Shown here: positions 1 through 13,379 of the stretch, one piece after another
Layout: each line of letters starts with the position of its first letter
Numbering within the stretch: the first letter of the stretch is position 1
Source of the DNA: Octopus sinensis
Taxonomy: Eukaryota
Assembly (NCBI RefSeq): GCF_006345805.1
Contig: NC_043013.1
Span: 7,564,001-7,628,000 of the forward strand
Length of the DNA stretch: 64,000 nt
Reading direction: 5' to 3'
The notes under the pieces: model-generated
Databases searched by the model: none
Told to the model about the DNA's origin: nothing
What the model saw: only the letters and a program-made list of their open reading frames with translations
Made by a program: the position numbers and the translations under genes

Positions 1-1060
<1,060 letters not shown>

Positions 1061-1658
1061 TAGATATATATGCTTTTCTGTGTAAACATACATTTTAAAG
1101 CTAAGATTAACATATTTTTCTTATTACAAATATCTAAAAACATAGCCACACATATTATATACACACGTAGGTCAATGTAGTTATTGCTACACTCAGCTAT
1201 TGATGAATACAAGCATTTATTTAAAAACTTTAAAATTCAACAATTGTTAACAAAAAGAAAAGTACCTGTGTATATATATATATACACACCCAAAAGCCAA
1301 GACCCAGTTCTCTTTCGATATTTCAACTACAACTTCATATAAACATGATGATCATTGTGGAATTATACATACATGTCTAATTATACATACATATGCATGT
1401 AAAACTATTATGCATATTCATACACATAAGGAGAAAGGCTATTTAAATATTTAAACACTAAGACCAGCTGTTAGTTTTCTAACCTACACCACTGAATTAT
1501 CTGCTCTTGGTATACTAGCAGACACAATAGATTATTTTTACTTTTTTTTACTTTTTATAGAATTTTTTTTTTTGGTGGGTTTTATTTTATAAATTTATAT
1601 ATTTATTTATTATTTTTATTGTTGGTTAATTGAGGTCTTTTTTATTTTCGTGTTTCAG

Positions 1659-1691
1659 GTCGGAGCTAAAAGAGGAGGACAAACTTAGAAG
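1659..1691 (+). CDS. Candidate 33-nt symmetric micro-exon (phase 2-2), ..SELKEEDKLR..
   Basis: T-rich tract ending tgtttcag| at 1658; purine-rich 33 nt open in only one frame; AG|gtagat donor at 1692. Confidence 0.4.
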
Positions 1692-1963
1692 GTAGATTAA
1701 ATATATATATTCAGTGGGAAAAAAAGTTTAATGACGTTGTTAGTCTCAACTGCGATAAAATATCATTCAAAGAACTGAATGGTTAATAGATTGTGTTAGT
1801 GTAGAACACTTTTGCTGTTGCTATTGTTGTTGCTGCTGCTGCTGATGATGATGTTAATGTTTTGGTGAGATATGCCTATATTTTGTTTGTTTTGTTAGTT
1901 TGGATTTATTTTAAAAGTTTGAAAGTAGAACAGAAACAAACTCACTAAAAACACCAAAAAAAA

Positions 1964-2006
<43 letters not shown>

Positions 2007-2119
2007 CATCTGCAATAGGAAACAAGTGACTGAAAAACAAACAAAACAAAAGAAAAGAAAAATAGAAAACTGAAGGAAATAACAGAAAGTAAAAGAATTC
2101 TGCATTAACTTTTGTCAAA

Positions 2120-2184
2120 ATGATTGAACAATTGATTTGTGAAGAGGAAGAAACCAATAATTTGGAACCAGAAGAAAAAGCCAA
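2120..2184 (+). CDS. Candidate coding first exon MIEQLICEEEETNNLEPEEKA(K/N), phase-2 end
   Basis: caaaATGA start context, in-frame TAA upstream at 2090, non-repetitive acidic peptide, consensus donor AA|gtaagt at 2185. Confidence 0.4.
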
Positions 2185-2205
2185 GTAAGTAATGTTTTTA
2201 TTTAA

Positions 2206-2426
2206 CCCTTTCGTTACCAACCCGGCTGAAACCACCTCTGGCTCTTTAGTACAAATGTCTTGTTTTCATAAGTTTTGAATTAAAATCTTCCACCAAACCT
2301 TAGTCACAATTTATGTTCTTAACACTAGCTCAATGATAACTAAGTTATTTTATTAAATTCTTTGTTATACTTAAAATAATTGGAAGAAACACAGATCATC
2401 TCAAAATAAATACAGTAACGAAAGGG
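2206..2426. mobile_element. piggyBac-type MITE (family P1)
   Basis: TTAA at 2202-2205 and 2427-2430; TIR CCCTTTCGTTAC/GTAACGAAAGGG; reverse-oriented copy at 42431-42650. Confidence 0.9.
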
Positions 2427-2540
2427 TTAATCCTTTCATGTTTTATCACAAACACACACATAAAAATATACATGCCTACATACCCTCACAAACTCACAAA
2501 CACACACACAAGTTAGTAAATATATATATACATGTATATA

Positions 2541-2705
2541 GGTGCAGGAGTAGTTGTGTGGTAAGTAGCTTGCTTACAGACCACATGGTTCCGGGTTCAG
2601 TCCCACTGCGTGGCACCTTGGGCAAGTGTCTTCTGCTATAGCCTCGGGCTGACCAAAGCCTTGTGAGTGGATTTGATAGACGGAAACTGAAAGAAGCCCA
2701 TTGTA

Positions 2706-2740
<35 letters not shown>

Positions 2741-2964
2741 ATGTATGTATGTGCGTTTGTGTGTCTGTGTTTGTCCCCCCATCATCGCTTCACAGCCGAT
2801 ATTGATGTGTTCACATCCCTGTAACTTAGCAGTTTGGCAAAAATGTCTGATATAATAAGTAATAGGCTTACAAAGAATAAGTTCTGGGGTCAATTCGTTC
2901 GACTGAAGGCAGTGCTCCAGCATGGCCACAGTCAATTGACTGAAATTAGTAAAAGAATAAAAGA
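2541..2964 (+). mobile_element. tRNA-derived SINE family A
   Basis: A-box-like AGTTGTGTGGTAAG, B-box-like GGTTCAGTCCC, internal (TG)n, A-rich tail; many copies in the window. Confidence 0.9.
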
Positions 2965-2975
2965 ATATATATATT

Positions 2976-3298
2976 TTGTTTTTGGATTTGGTTTGCAAGA
3001 TTCTTTATGTGAGTTCGTGTGTTGAAGCATATTTTGTTGTGTCTGGGGAGAGTCATTCTCTTTCAGTGCCTCAGTATTTAACACACTCACTGGTTAAGTT
3101 TCCACTCATTTACTTACTTATTTTTCCTAAAATTTTCGTTGTGTCTTGCAACCTTTTTAATAGTCGTTAATTCTGTCCATCATCCACAGCTTGGATAACG
3201 GACACAGTCAATGACTATTGAAAAGGATGCAAGACGCAACGAAGATTTTAGGAAAATAATTAAGTAAATGAGTAGAAACTTTACTGGTGAGTGTGTTA
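2976..3298. mobile_element. Fold-back repeat (about 100-bp inverted arms, 3079-3298) with hammerhead-like motif; probable Penelope-like remnant
   Basis: Arms are reverse-complementary by eye; single-arm copy at about 16826-16990; flanked by TA/CA repeats. Confidence 0.65.
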
Positions 3299-3299
3299 C

Positions 3300-3318
3300 A
3301 CACACACACACATATATG

Positions 3319-3352
<34 letters not shown>

Positions 3353-3419
3353 TGTACATATTTATATATATGTACATCCTGACATCATTATCATTTAACA
3401 TCCATCTTCAAATATATAT

Positions 3420-3460
<41 letters not shown>

Positions 3461-3482
3461 CATATATATATATAATATATAT

Positions 3483-3531
<49 letters not shown>

Positions 3532-3577
3532 CTATATATATATATATATATATATATGCATGATAGATAGATAGATA

Positions 3578-3649
<72 letters not shown>

Positions 3650-3770
3650 GCATGATAGATAGATAGATAGATAGATAGATATATAGATAGATAGATAATA
3701 GATAGATAGATACAGATAGATATATATGCATATGTTTGTAGTATGTATTTATATCTTTATATATATGTAT
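3300..3770. repeat. (TA)n/(TATG)n/(GATA)n microsatellite
   Basis: Direct. Confidence 0.95.
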
Positions 3771-4407
3771 GAATCTTGAGAGGGTCATTATGCCAATAAT
3801 AAACACACATGCTGGTTCTATTTCACATCTTTATCAATAGCATCTCTTTAACCAATTAACTAATCGAATGTATGATTAATAATCATTTGGTTAATCAATC
3901 AATCAGCTACGTTTGTCAAAGTCCTTTTGTCACCATTCATGGCCCCTTCAATGACATGGCCCCTTCAATGTCATGACCTCTCTGCCCCAGGTCAGCTTCA
4001 GGTCAGTCTGTTTGTCTGTCTCTTAGTTTTAAGTTCTATATTTTTGTAGTAGTATGGATGTAAGTGGGAATGTACATGAAAGGGGTTCTGTGAAGTCGTA
4101 GTGTTGCTACCAAAAATATTCCATCAAATGCATGTATATCATCATCATCATCATCATCACCATCATCAGCATTTTATGAGGATACTTTTTCTATGCTTGC
4201 ATGGGTTTGGTATGTCTTGTCCTGTAAATCATGTCTCCACTTGTTGCAGTCTTTTGTCATCTCCTTCATGAAGCCCAAACCTCCTGAAAGCATCCTTCCC
4301 CTCTCCTTCCCGTGTCATCCCTGGTCCTCATCTTCCACTTTGATCCTTTGGCCCTTTATTACCCAACTACCATCATCCTCCATGCATCACAAAGCAATAG
4401 TAGCTTA

Positions 4408-4984
4408 CAGTAAATCCTCGAGTATAATCCGCATTTTTTCCCCCAAAATTTAAAGGTCAAAATCCCTCGTGCGTATTATACACGAGGTTAAAAATGAAAA
4501 TTATTTTCTAAGCAATGTCCGAGTCTCTATTTGCTGTCCGGCAATGTTTATTCAGGCGCATTTTGTGATGTTGGGTGCAAAAATACCTTAAGCTAAGCCT
4601 GAAAGCAATGAAGTCATAAAAGAATCATCCGTAACTTGCAGTAAACAACATTTATTAAACATTATTACTGTTATTTCTTTATTTTCTGCAAACAAAATGC
4701 ACAAAAATGCTACACATTCTGTAAAGAATGTTACCGTATACAGTTTTACAAACCAAGGATGTTATATTGACCTCCTTGACTCAAGTTAGAGAAGGGGTGT
4801 GTATTATACACAAGGTTTAGGTTTTTCAGAGGTACAGCCCCCTAAAAATCCCCTGCATATTATACTCAAGGGCGAACTCTACTCAAAGATTTACGGTAGT
4901 TTTTTTAGGTTTTTCAGAGGTACAGCCCCCTAAAAATCCCCTGCATATTATACTCAAGGGCGAACTCTACTCAAAGATTTACGG
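4408..4984. mobile_element. Tc1/mariner-superfamily (pogo/Tc2-like) MITE with duplicated right end
   Basis: TA|CAGTAAATCCTCGAGTA ... TACTCAAAGATTTACGG|TA; last 88 bp tandemly duplicated (TIR ends at 4896 and 4984). Confidence 0.8.
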
Positions 4985-5067
4985 TAGTTTTTTTTTTTTT
5001 GTTCATTATATCTAAGTCTTTTCTTCAGCCCCATCAATGCTCCATCAGCCATGCAAATTAATATTCC

Positions 5068-5280
5068 TTTGTGCTATAGGCACAAAGCCTGAAACTATAG
5101 GGAAGTGGGGCTAGTCGATTACATTGACCCCAGTGTGAAACTGTTTCTTATTTTATTGACCCCACAAAAGGATGAAAGGCAAAGTCAACCTCAGCAGAAT
5201 TTGAACTCAGAATGTAAAGAAGGACAAAATGCTTCTAAGCATTTTGTTGAGCATGCTAACAATTCTGCCAGCTTACCTCC
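5068..5280 (-). mobile_element. SINE family B, diverged variant
   Basis: Shares AAGGATGAAAGGCAAAGTC..AATTTGAACTCAGAA core with the 11438 and 15017 copies. Confidence 0.75.
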
Positions 5281-5289
5281 TTAAAGTAC

Positions 5290-5925
5290 ACACTAACATT
5301 GTGAAACTTGCTTGCCTCATTTCTATCTTTCATATATGCTTCATATTCAAGGACCATATTTTGTTACCAGCCAACATCGCACTTCATTTACAGACACTCT
5401 GTCCTTCACTTGAAGAGAAAATCCCTTTGCTACTTATCGAGGAAATAGATCCTTGATCTGTTCTCCAGTTCGTCTTTACTTTGGCTATTGTGCTTTCAGA
5501 ACACTTTCCTCTACTACAAATTAGATCACCCAGAGAACAAAAGCTAGCTGTTCCAATGGAGCCTTCCAAATATTGAAAAGAATTTATATCGCAAATGCTC
5601 ATATGACTTACTCCTGTATATCTATGTTACTGACAAAGTTATTCTTTGCCAGCCTCTGATCCCATAATTTACTTTGGCTCATGGAATTCTTATCTGTTTC
5701 CTATCTGAATATCAAGCATTGCTACCTCCGTCATGGCTATTGAGTCTTGTCTTATCTGCTAACAAAACTTTTCATCTTTACTTTTACATTAATACCTTTC
5801 ATTTAAAGTTTTGCTTCTACATTTTGCTTCTACAAGAGTAAATAATGCAAACTGAATCATAAACATACAAAAGTTCCCATGGACATATCCTCTGTTATGG
5901 CCCGGAGGACTATAAAACAAAAACA
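5290..5925 (-). pseudogene. Decayed RTE-clade LINE reverse-transcriptase fragment
   Basis: Minus-strand translations FIVLRAITED, CPWELLY and SFCSLGDLICSRGKCSESTIAKVKTNW match the RT seen at 44488. Confidence 0.7.
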
Positions 5926-6214
5926 AGAAGAGGTTGAGAGTGAAGCTCTAATAGACAACTACTTGCATGATAAATTCCTTGCTATCTTTATGTATGATTT
6001 GCATTAAGCTACATCTAATTTTCATAGCGACTTCCATACTACAGAGTACAGTTCACTGTTAAAGACCTTTTCTGGGTCAGCAAATGCTTAATGCAGTAGC
6101 CTGCACATTGCCGAGGACCTATCATGTAGTTGTTTCACAAGGAAGTACATTATTCTGGCACCAATTCCGACTACATCTCATCAAAGCTAATATTCTTCCT
6201 AATTAGTTACTAGT

Positions 6215-6476
6215 CATCATCATCATCATCATTATCATCATAATCACCATCATCATTATCATGATGATGATGATGATCATCATCATCATCGTCAACATCA
6301 TCGTCATCATTTAATGCCCATAGTCCATGATTGCTTGAGTTGGATGGTTTTACCAGCGCTGGCACTCTGAGGAGCTGCACCAAACTTCAGTCTGTCTTGG
6401 TTTGGTTTCTATGACTGGATGCCCTTCCTAATGCCAACCACTTTACAGGGTCTGCTGGGTATTTTTACGTGGCACT
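6215..6476 (-). mobile_element. Family C (RTE-LINE 3' end, (GAT)n tail), degraded
   Basis: (CAT)n followed by GGATGCCCTTCCTAATGCCAACCAC motif. Confidence 0.7.
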
Positions 6477-6543
6477 CATTTTTGCTATAATTTTTGTAAT
6501 TTGATCTACCAGTTTCATAGTAGGTCTGTTTTTTTTCCCTATA

Positions 6544-6704
6544 GGCACAGGAGTGGCTGTGTGGTAAGTAGCTTGCTTACCAGCCACATGGTTCTGGGTT
6601 CAGTCCCACTGTGTGGCACTTTGGGAAGTGTCTCCTACTATAGCCTCGGGCTGACCAAAGCCCTGCGAGTGGATTTGGTAGACGGAAACTGAAAGAAACT
6701 CATC

Positions 6705-6759
<55 letters not shown>

Positions 6760-6985
6760 GTGTGTGGTGTGTGTATGTGTGTGTGTGTGTTTGTGTGTCT
6801 GTGTTTGTCCTCCCAATATCGCTTGACAACTGATGCTGGTGTGTTTATGTCCCCCGTAACTTAGCAGTTCGGCAAGAGAGACAGATACAATAAGTACTAG
6901 GCTTACAAAGAATAAGTCCTGGGGTTGATTTGCGGTTTTCCAGCATGGCCACAGTCAAATGACTGAAACAAATATAAAAGAAAAA
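6544..6985 (+). mobile_element. SINE family A
   Basis: Same head, body and tail as the 2541 copy. Confidence 0.9.
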
Positions 6986-7384
6986 AAACGAAAAGCCTCT
7001 CCTTTGTCAATCTCTTTGTGTGTGTGAGCATGTGTGTGTGTGTGTATCTGTGTATGTGTGTGTGTGTGTATGTGTGTGTCTGTCTGTGTGTGTGTGTGCA
7101 CTTGTGTGTATGTGTGTGTGTGTTCATGTGTGTTCCAGTTTGGAATGAGGACACTTTATTGTGCCATTTGCACGAAAGAGAGTGACCCTTGCAGCAGGAC
7201 CTAGGAGCACTTCTTAATCCGTATCAGTTTCATTCAGAATCACTGCCTTCCCTGAGGGGGTCATCTGTGATGTGACCTGCAGAGGTCATGTCTTACTCAT
7301 ACGTTACATTTTCTACATATCCTGGCACGGTCTCTGCAGCTGGAAGCCAGTCATGTCACCGACCACTTTAAAGAGAGTAATTTG

Positions 7385-7780
7385 TCATCATCCTCATCAT
7401 CATCGTTGTTGTCATCATTGCTGTCTGTCATCATCATCGTCGTCGTCATCATTATCATCATCCTCATTATCATCATCATCATTATCATCATCATCCTCAT
7501 CATCATCATCATTAGCATCATCATCACCATTGTCATCATCATCATCATCATCATTGTCATCATCATCGTCATTTTTGTCGTTGTCATTATTGTCATTGTT
7601 GCCATCGTCATTGGTTGTGATGTTCATGACGATTATGATGATGGTGATGATGGTGATGATGATGATGAGGAGGAGGAGGACACCAAATATGGAAGAGGAG
7701 GGGTGGCAGCAGCAGCAGTGGTGGTGGTGGTGGTGGTTTTGGTAGTAGTAGTAGTAGTAGTAGCAGTAGTAGTAGTAGTC
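7385..7780. repeat. (CAT)n/(GAT)n/(GTA)n trinucleotide array
   Basis: Direct. Confidence 0.95.
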
Positions 7781-8132
7781 GGTGCAGCGGCCGTAGTCTT
7801 CTCTTATTCCCGTAGACTTAAACTTTGGATTAGTTTCAGAATCGTAGTAACCTGATCAGTAAGCAGAAGAGAGGTGCAACTTTTTTGTTCATGGAAATAC
7901 TGAAACCATACTCAAACACAACTCAACATCAACAACATCAAGTCTTCAAGGATCTTGTATTCATCATAATATCTGCAAGACAATGACCTTTTCTTGAAAT
8001 ACCATTCTTAGTCAAGATATTCTAATCATCTCCACTCCTTTAAGAATCATCATTTCTTAGGACCACCATTCTTATCTGCACCATTTCTAACATAAATATA
8101 TTCTTAATATCACCAGCCTTAGCTATATATAT

Positions 8133-8179
<47 letters not shown>

Positions 8180-8185
8180 GTATAT

Positions 8186-8581
8186 TTTTATTTTTTTTAT
8201 TTTACTTGTTTCAGTCATGCTGGAGCACCGCCTTTAGTCGAGCAAATCGACCCCGGGACTTATTCTTTGTAAGCCCAGTACTTATTCTATTGGTCTCTTT
8301 TTGCCGAACCGCTAAGTGACGGGGACGTAAACACACCAGCATCGGTTGTCAAGCAATGCTAGGGGGACAAACACAGACACTCAAACATACTCACATATAT
8401 ATATATATATACATATATACGACGAGCTTCTTTCAGTTTCCGTCTACCAAATCCACTCAAAAGGCATTGGTCGGCCCGAGGCTATAGTAGAAGACACTTG
8501 CCCAAGATGCCACGCAGTGGGACTGAACCTGGAACCATGAGTTGGTTAGCAAGCTACTTACCACACAGCCACTCCTGCGCC
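8186..8581 (-). mobile_element. SINE family A
   Basis: Reverse complement of the family A consensus. Confidence 0.9.
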
Positions 8582-8606
8582 TATATATATATATATATAT
8601 ATATAT

Positions 8607-9721
8607 TGTTACGGTTTGGCTAGTGCAGTATTTCTTGACCCACTTTTTTGGGAATGGCGCCGGCAGGCCTGGAGTAAAAAGTGACAGCCCTTTGTTTACT
8701 GGAAGAGTAATGGGTTTTGGAGGGACCTTTGGCCTTGCCGGTCGATTGGCGGTCAGAGAGGTGTGAAGTAGGAGAAAGATAGAGTAAGGAATCTGAGAGC
8801 ATATACAGAGGATGACAGCAGCAGCGAGATAGAGATAGAGTAGGGAATCTGAGAGCAGATAGAGAGGATATTAGCAGTGAGAGAGGATGAGGGGCAGAGG
8901 AGAACAGGCAGAGAGTATGGCAGAGCTAAGGGAGAGAGTGATTGCGAGGGACAGATTGAGGGGTAGTGAGAGAGGAACGGTTGGTATTCGGTCATCAAAG
9001 AGGATAGTCGGATTTTGGTTGTCGAGGCAAGCAAGTTGGGATGCGAGAGCTTGGCAGGTTGGAGCTAGTAGCGACAGAAGGGGATATATACAGAGGAATA
9101 AGCGGTACAGAGAGAGATGAAGTGCAGGATGGGACACTGGCTGTTCAATTAGGAATTAAGGTATTTGATTATGTATTGATACGTGTCACGATGTAAAGAG
9201 ACAGTGAAAGGAACAATGTGAATTGAGTCAAGGACTTGTCGATATGTCGATTATCGAGTTGTGGTATTTATGTTCAGAATTGTGTTGATATGTGTAGAAA
9301 AAGACTTTAAAGAACTGTGAACGCTATCTGTTGAAGTGATTTGGAAAAGAACTGTGTCTTCGGACGTGTACCTTTGAAATGCTGATATATTGACCTTGTT
9401 GTGTCGTCTCCAGACTGTTATATTGTTACTTGCATGTTTAAATGCTTTGATCTGTGGCATACCCGTATGATGTATTGAATTGTTGTTTCCTTTAAATGTA
9501 TTTGATGTGTAACAATTGATTGTCATAAACTGTTGTTAAATGTAAGCCAGTTGTTGCCGTTTTGCCTTGCCGTTTTGTGTCTCTCTCGGTTGCCTCTCTG
9601 TATCTCTGTGCTGCTGCTGCTGTTGTTGTTGTTGTTGTTGTATCTCTCCTCTCTCCTCTTTGGGATCCGTGGCGAACTTGCGCCATTCGGGCGAACGGCG
9701 ACGACGGGTGATTCCATAACA
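8607..9721 (-). mobile_element. Solo LTR (1115 bp) inserted in (TA)n
   Basis: Termini TGTTACGG...CCATAACA (7/8 inverted, TG..CA); (TA)n on both sides; TATA-like motif near 9085 and AGTAAA at 8695-8700 on the minus strand; CpG-richer than flanks. Strand inferred. Confidence 0.75.
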
Positions 9722-10339
9722 ATATATATATATATATATATATATAATAAACAAAGCAATATGTTATTCATATCACTAACCACTTAAGAGAGAGTAATGT
9801 ATTTTACCATATCTCTGGCAAAAATTTATTCTTGAACCCTTTAATCACAGGCAATAGCTGACCTTCTACATGATGAATATGTTATGTACATTCCAAGTAT
9901 TACTTAAATAATAGCATGTAGGAGTGATGGGAAATAAACAAGTTATAGGTCAGTTCAAATATGTTTGTGGAATATTTTAACTGTTGAAAGCAATTTCACT
10001 ACAGTTTACTGTGGAGAAAAAAATCCTCACTTATGGTTTAAAAAATGCAAATACATCATTATTAGTTCAGTGGTGCCTTCTATGGACTCCTAGATACATT
10101 TCTGCCTTGTTATGCTCTCTTCAGAAGAGGATACTGAAGGGAGATAATCCTGAGTTGACTAGAAAGCTGTAAATTTATAATGAATCAGTCAGCACTAGTG
10201 ACTGATTTGTGCTTGTAGATGCCCAGTCTAAACAAATACATAAGTAACAGCATGAAGCAGTGATGAGAAATAAACAATTTTTCAGTTAGTTCAAATATAC
10301 CTGTGACATATTTTAACTTCTAAAGGCAATTTCACTGTA

Positions 10340-10390
<51 letters not shown>

Positions 10391-10629
10391 TATATACATA
10401 TATATATATATACATATACATATACATTAACCTGTCTAATCACATTAGGGATAATGAAAAGACTTGATTTCATTTCATCATAAACAAAACTATTTGTTTT
10501 TAAAGACAGCATCCCTAGTTAATCTGTATCAATTGTTCTTTTAAATTATTACTCCAATCGATGTTCATTCACCCAAAATCTATGTATTTCTGTCAGTTAT
10601 CTAAGATCTTGCAAACACTGGTAAGACAG

Positions 10630-10673
10630 TTCTTCACTGAGGACACCCAGTAGGATTGAAACATGTTCAGAAT
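10630..10673 (+). ncRNA. Degenerate type I hammerhead-like motif
   Basis: CTGAGGA (10637)...GAAA (10658), palindromic ACATGT stem III; stems I and II imperfect. Confidence 0.4.
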
Positions 10674-10843
10674 TATCATGGCACTCACCAAAAATCAAAC
10701 ACAATCCCCATTATTGCTCCCCATCAATTTTTAATTAATTTAGATTTCAGAGTTGTTTTCCTTGTCTTTCTTAACCAGAATTTATCACGAAAGCTAACAA
10801 TTTTTCTCTTTATCACAAATGTAATTTTTATTTGGTCGAAATT

Positions 10844-11140
10844 TTAGTGGTTCCCTATCTTAAATATGACAGCCTCTGCTGCATCATATATTTTCCGTGT
10901 GTGTTTGGGTAATTTCCACTTCCTCTCTTTTATTCTTACTTCTATCTGATACTTATAGTCTATTCTGAGTGAAGGAACTAAAGACAATATTATCGAAAGC
11001 GGTTCTTCTTCATATGATGGATTTTTGAGTTCAGCACACACCACAAATATGATCAGCAAACAATTTGCTTCTTTGACATGACCAAAGATATCAACCGACA
11101 ATCAGTGCTGTTGACTTTTTCCCTATAAAATATGGCATCT
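10844..11140 (-). pseudogene. Possible decayed RTE-like LINE C-terminal region
   Basis: FGHVK..AELK..ERKWK loosely resembles the RTE C-terminal pattern (GHV..EL..DR..WR). Confidence 0.35.
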
Positions 11141-11437
11141 ATTCCTGGCAGTTAGTTGAAGTGAGGTGTATGCAATAACACGTGCTACTCAAATACACCT
11201 GAAGTAGATTCAAAGGCATGATTTGCATTAACTCATTCATCAAGTTATTTTAACTCTCTAACATTTTGAGTAGACCATGTATAATCAATCTTTATCAAAC
11301 AGCATGTCTCATGACTCACTGCTCATCATAAATTAAGCCACACTACTAAAACAGTGATTTTACCAAGTGTTAAATGTAGTACAGAAAACACCCTCCAAAA
11401 AGAAAGTTATAAAAATTTGACTAATAGAAAGCATAAG

Positions 11438-12036
11438 GTGGCGAGCTGGCAGAAACGTTAGCACGCCAGGCAAAATGCTTAGTGGTATTTCGTCTGCGGT
11501 TACGCTCCGAGTTCAAATTCCGCCGAGGTCAACTCTGCCTTTCATCCTTTCGGGGTTGATTAAATAAGTACCAGTTACACACTGGGGTCGATATAATCGA
11601 CTTAATCCATTTGTCTGTCCTTGTTTGCCCTCTCTGTGTTTAGCCCCTTGTGGGTAGTAAAGAAATAAGTATTTCGTCTGCCGTTACGTTCTGAGTTCAA
11701 ATTCCGCCGAGGTTGACTTTGCCTTTCATCCTTTCGAGGTTGATAAATTAAGTACCAGTTGCGCACTGGGGGTCGATGTAGTCGACTTAATCCGTTTGTC
11801 TGTCCTTGTTTGCCCTCTCTGTGTTTAGCCCCTTGTGGGTAGTAAAGAAATAGGTATTTCGTCTGCGGTTACGTTCTGAGTTCAAATTCCGCCGAGGTTG
11901 ACTTTGCTTTTCATCCTTTCGAGGTCGATAAATTAAGTACCAGTTGCACACTGGGGTCGATGTAGTCGACTTAATCCGTTTGTCTGTCCTTGATTGTCCT
12001 CCCTGTGTTTAGCTCCTTGTGGGCATTAAAGAAATA
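11438..12036 (+). mobile_element. SINE family B: one head plus three tandem bodies
   Basis: TSD AGAAAGCATAAG at 11426-11437 and 12037-12048; B-box GAGTTCAAATTCC; about 185-bp body repeated three times. Confidence 0.9.
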
Positions 12037-12332
12037 AGAAAGCATAAGTGAGAGAACAGAAACAAAATTGCTCAAATTAAATTACAGAGTCAGACCTAAA
12101 GATTACGTAACAAAATTATAGAAAGTTATTGTACGTATATAATCATGACATTACACATGCCATTCAAAAAAAATCATGACATGGAATGCTGCTTATGACC
12201 CGTTTGTTACAGATTGCTTATTCCTGCCGTAAGCAATAATATTCTCCAACAATGATAATTATAGTGGATCACATCATAATTAATTAAACAGTGTTAATGT
12301 TTTAGTTATACAATAAAGATTTTTATTAAGTA

Positions 12333-12497
12333 GGTGGAGGAGTGGCTGTGTGGTAAGTAGCTTGCTTATGAACCACATGGTTCCGGGTTCAGTCCTACTG
12401 CGTGGCACCTTGGGCAAGTGTCTTCTACTATAGCCTCGGGCCAACCAAAGCCTTGTGAGTGGATTTGGTAGACAGAAACTGAAAGAAGCCCATCGTA

Positions 12498-12552
<55 letters not shown>

Positions 12553-12810
12553 ATATGTTTGTCCCCCACCCCCCAATATTGCTTGACAACCAATGCTGGT
12601 GTGTTTACGTCCCCATAACTTGGCAGTTTGGCAAAAGAGATTCATGAAATAAGTACTAGGCTTACAAAAATAAGTCCTGGGGTCCATTGCTTGACTAAAG
12701 GTGGTGCTCCAACATGGCCACAGTCACATGACTGAAACAATTAAAAGAGTAAAAGAGAACAACATGATGTATGTGAGTGAAAGAAGCCTGTCGTATATAT
12801 GTATATATAT

Positions 12811-12853
<43 letters not shown>

Positions 12854-13109
12854 ATATGTTTGTGTGTCTGTGTTTGTCCCCCACCCCAATATTGCTTGAC
12901 AACCAATGCTGGTGTGTTTACGTCCCCATAACTTGGCAGTTTGGCAAAAGAGATTCATGAAATAAGTACTAGGCTTACAAAAATAAGTCCTGGGGTCCAT
13001 TTGCTTGACTAAAGGTGGTGCTCCAACATGGCCACAGTCACATGACTGAAACAATTAAAAGAGTAAAAGAGAACAACATGATGTATGTGAGTGAAAGAAG
13101 CCTGTCGTA

Positions 13110-13152
<43 letters not shown>

Positions 13153-13379
13153 GTATGTGTGTGTGTGTGTTTGTGTGTCTGTGTTTGTCCCCCTAGCATT
13201 GCTTGACAACTGATGCTGGTGTGTTTACGTCCCTGTCACTTAGTGGTTCGGCAAAAGAGGCCGATAGAATAAGTACTGGGCTTACAAAGAATAAGTCCCG
13301 GGGTCGATTTGCTTGACTAAAGGCGGTGCTCCAGCATGGCCACAGTCAAATGACTGAAACAAGTAAAAGAGAGAAAAGA

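Noticed and set aside
7145-7380. Possible snRNA or exon in a unique segment
   Set aside because: No convincing match to U6/U6atac from memory and no clean splice-site pair.
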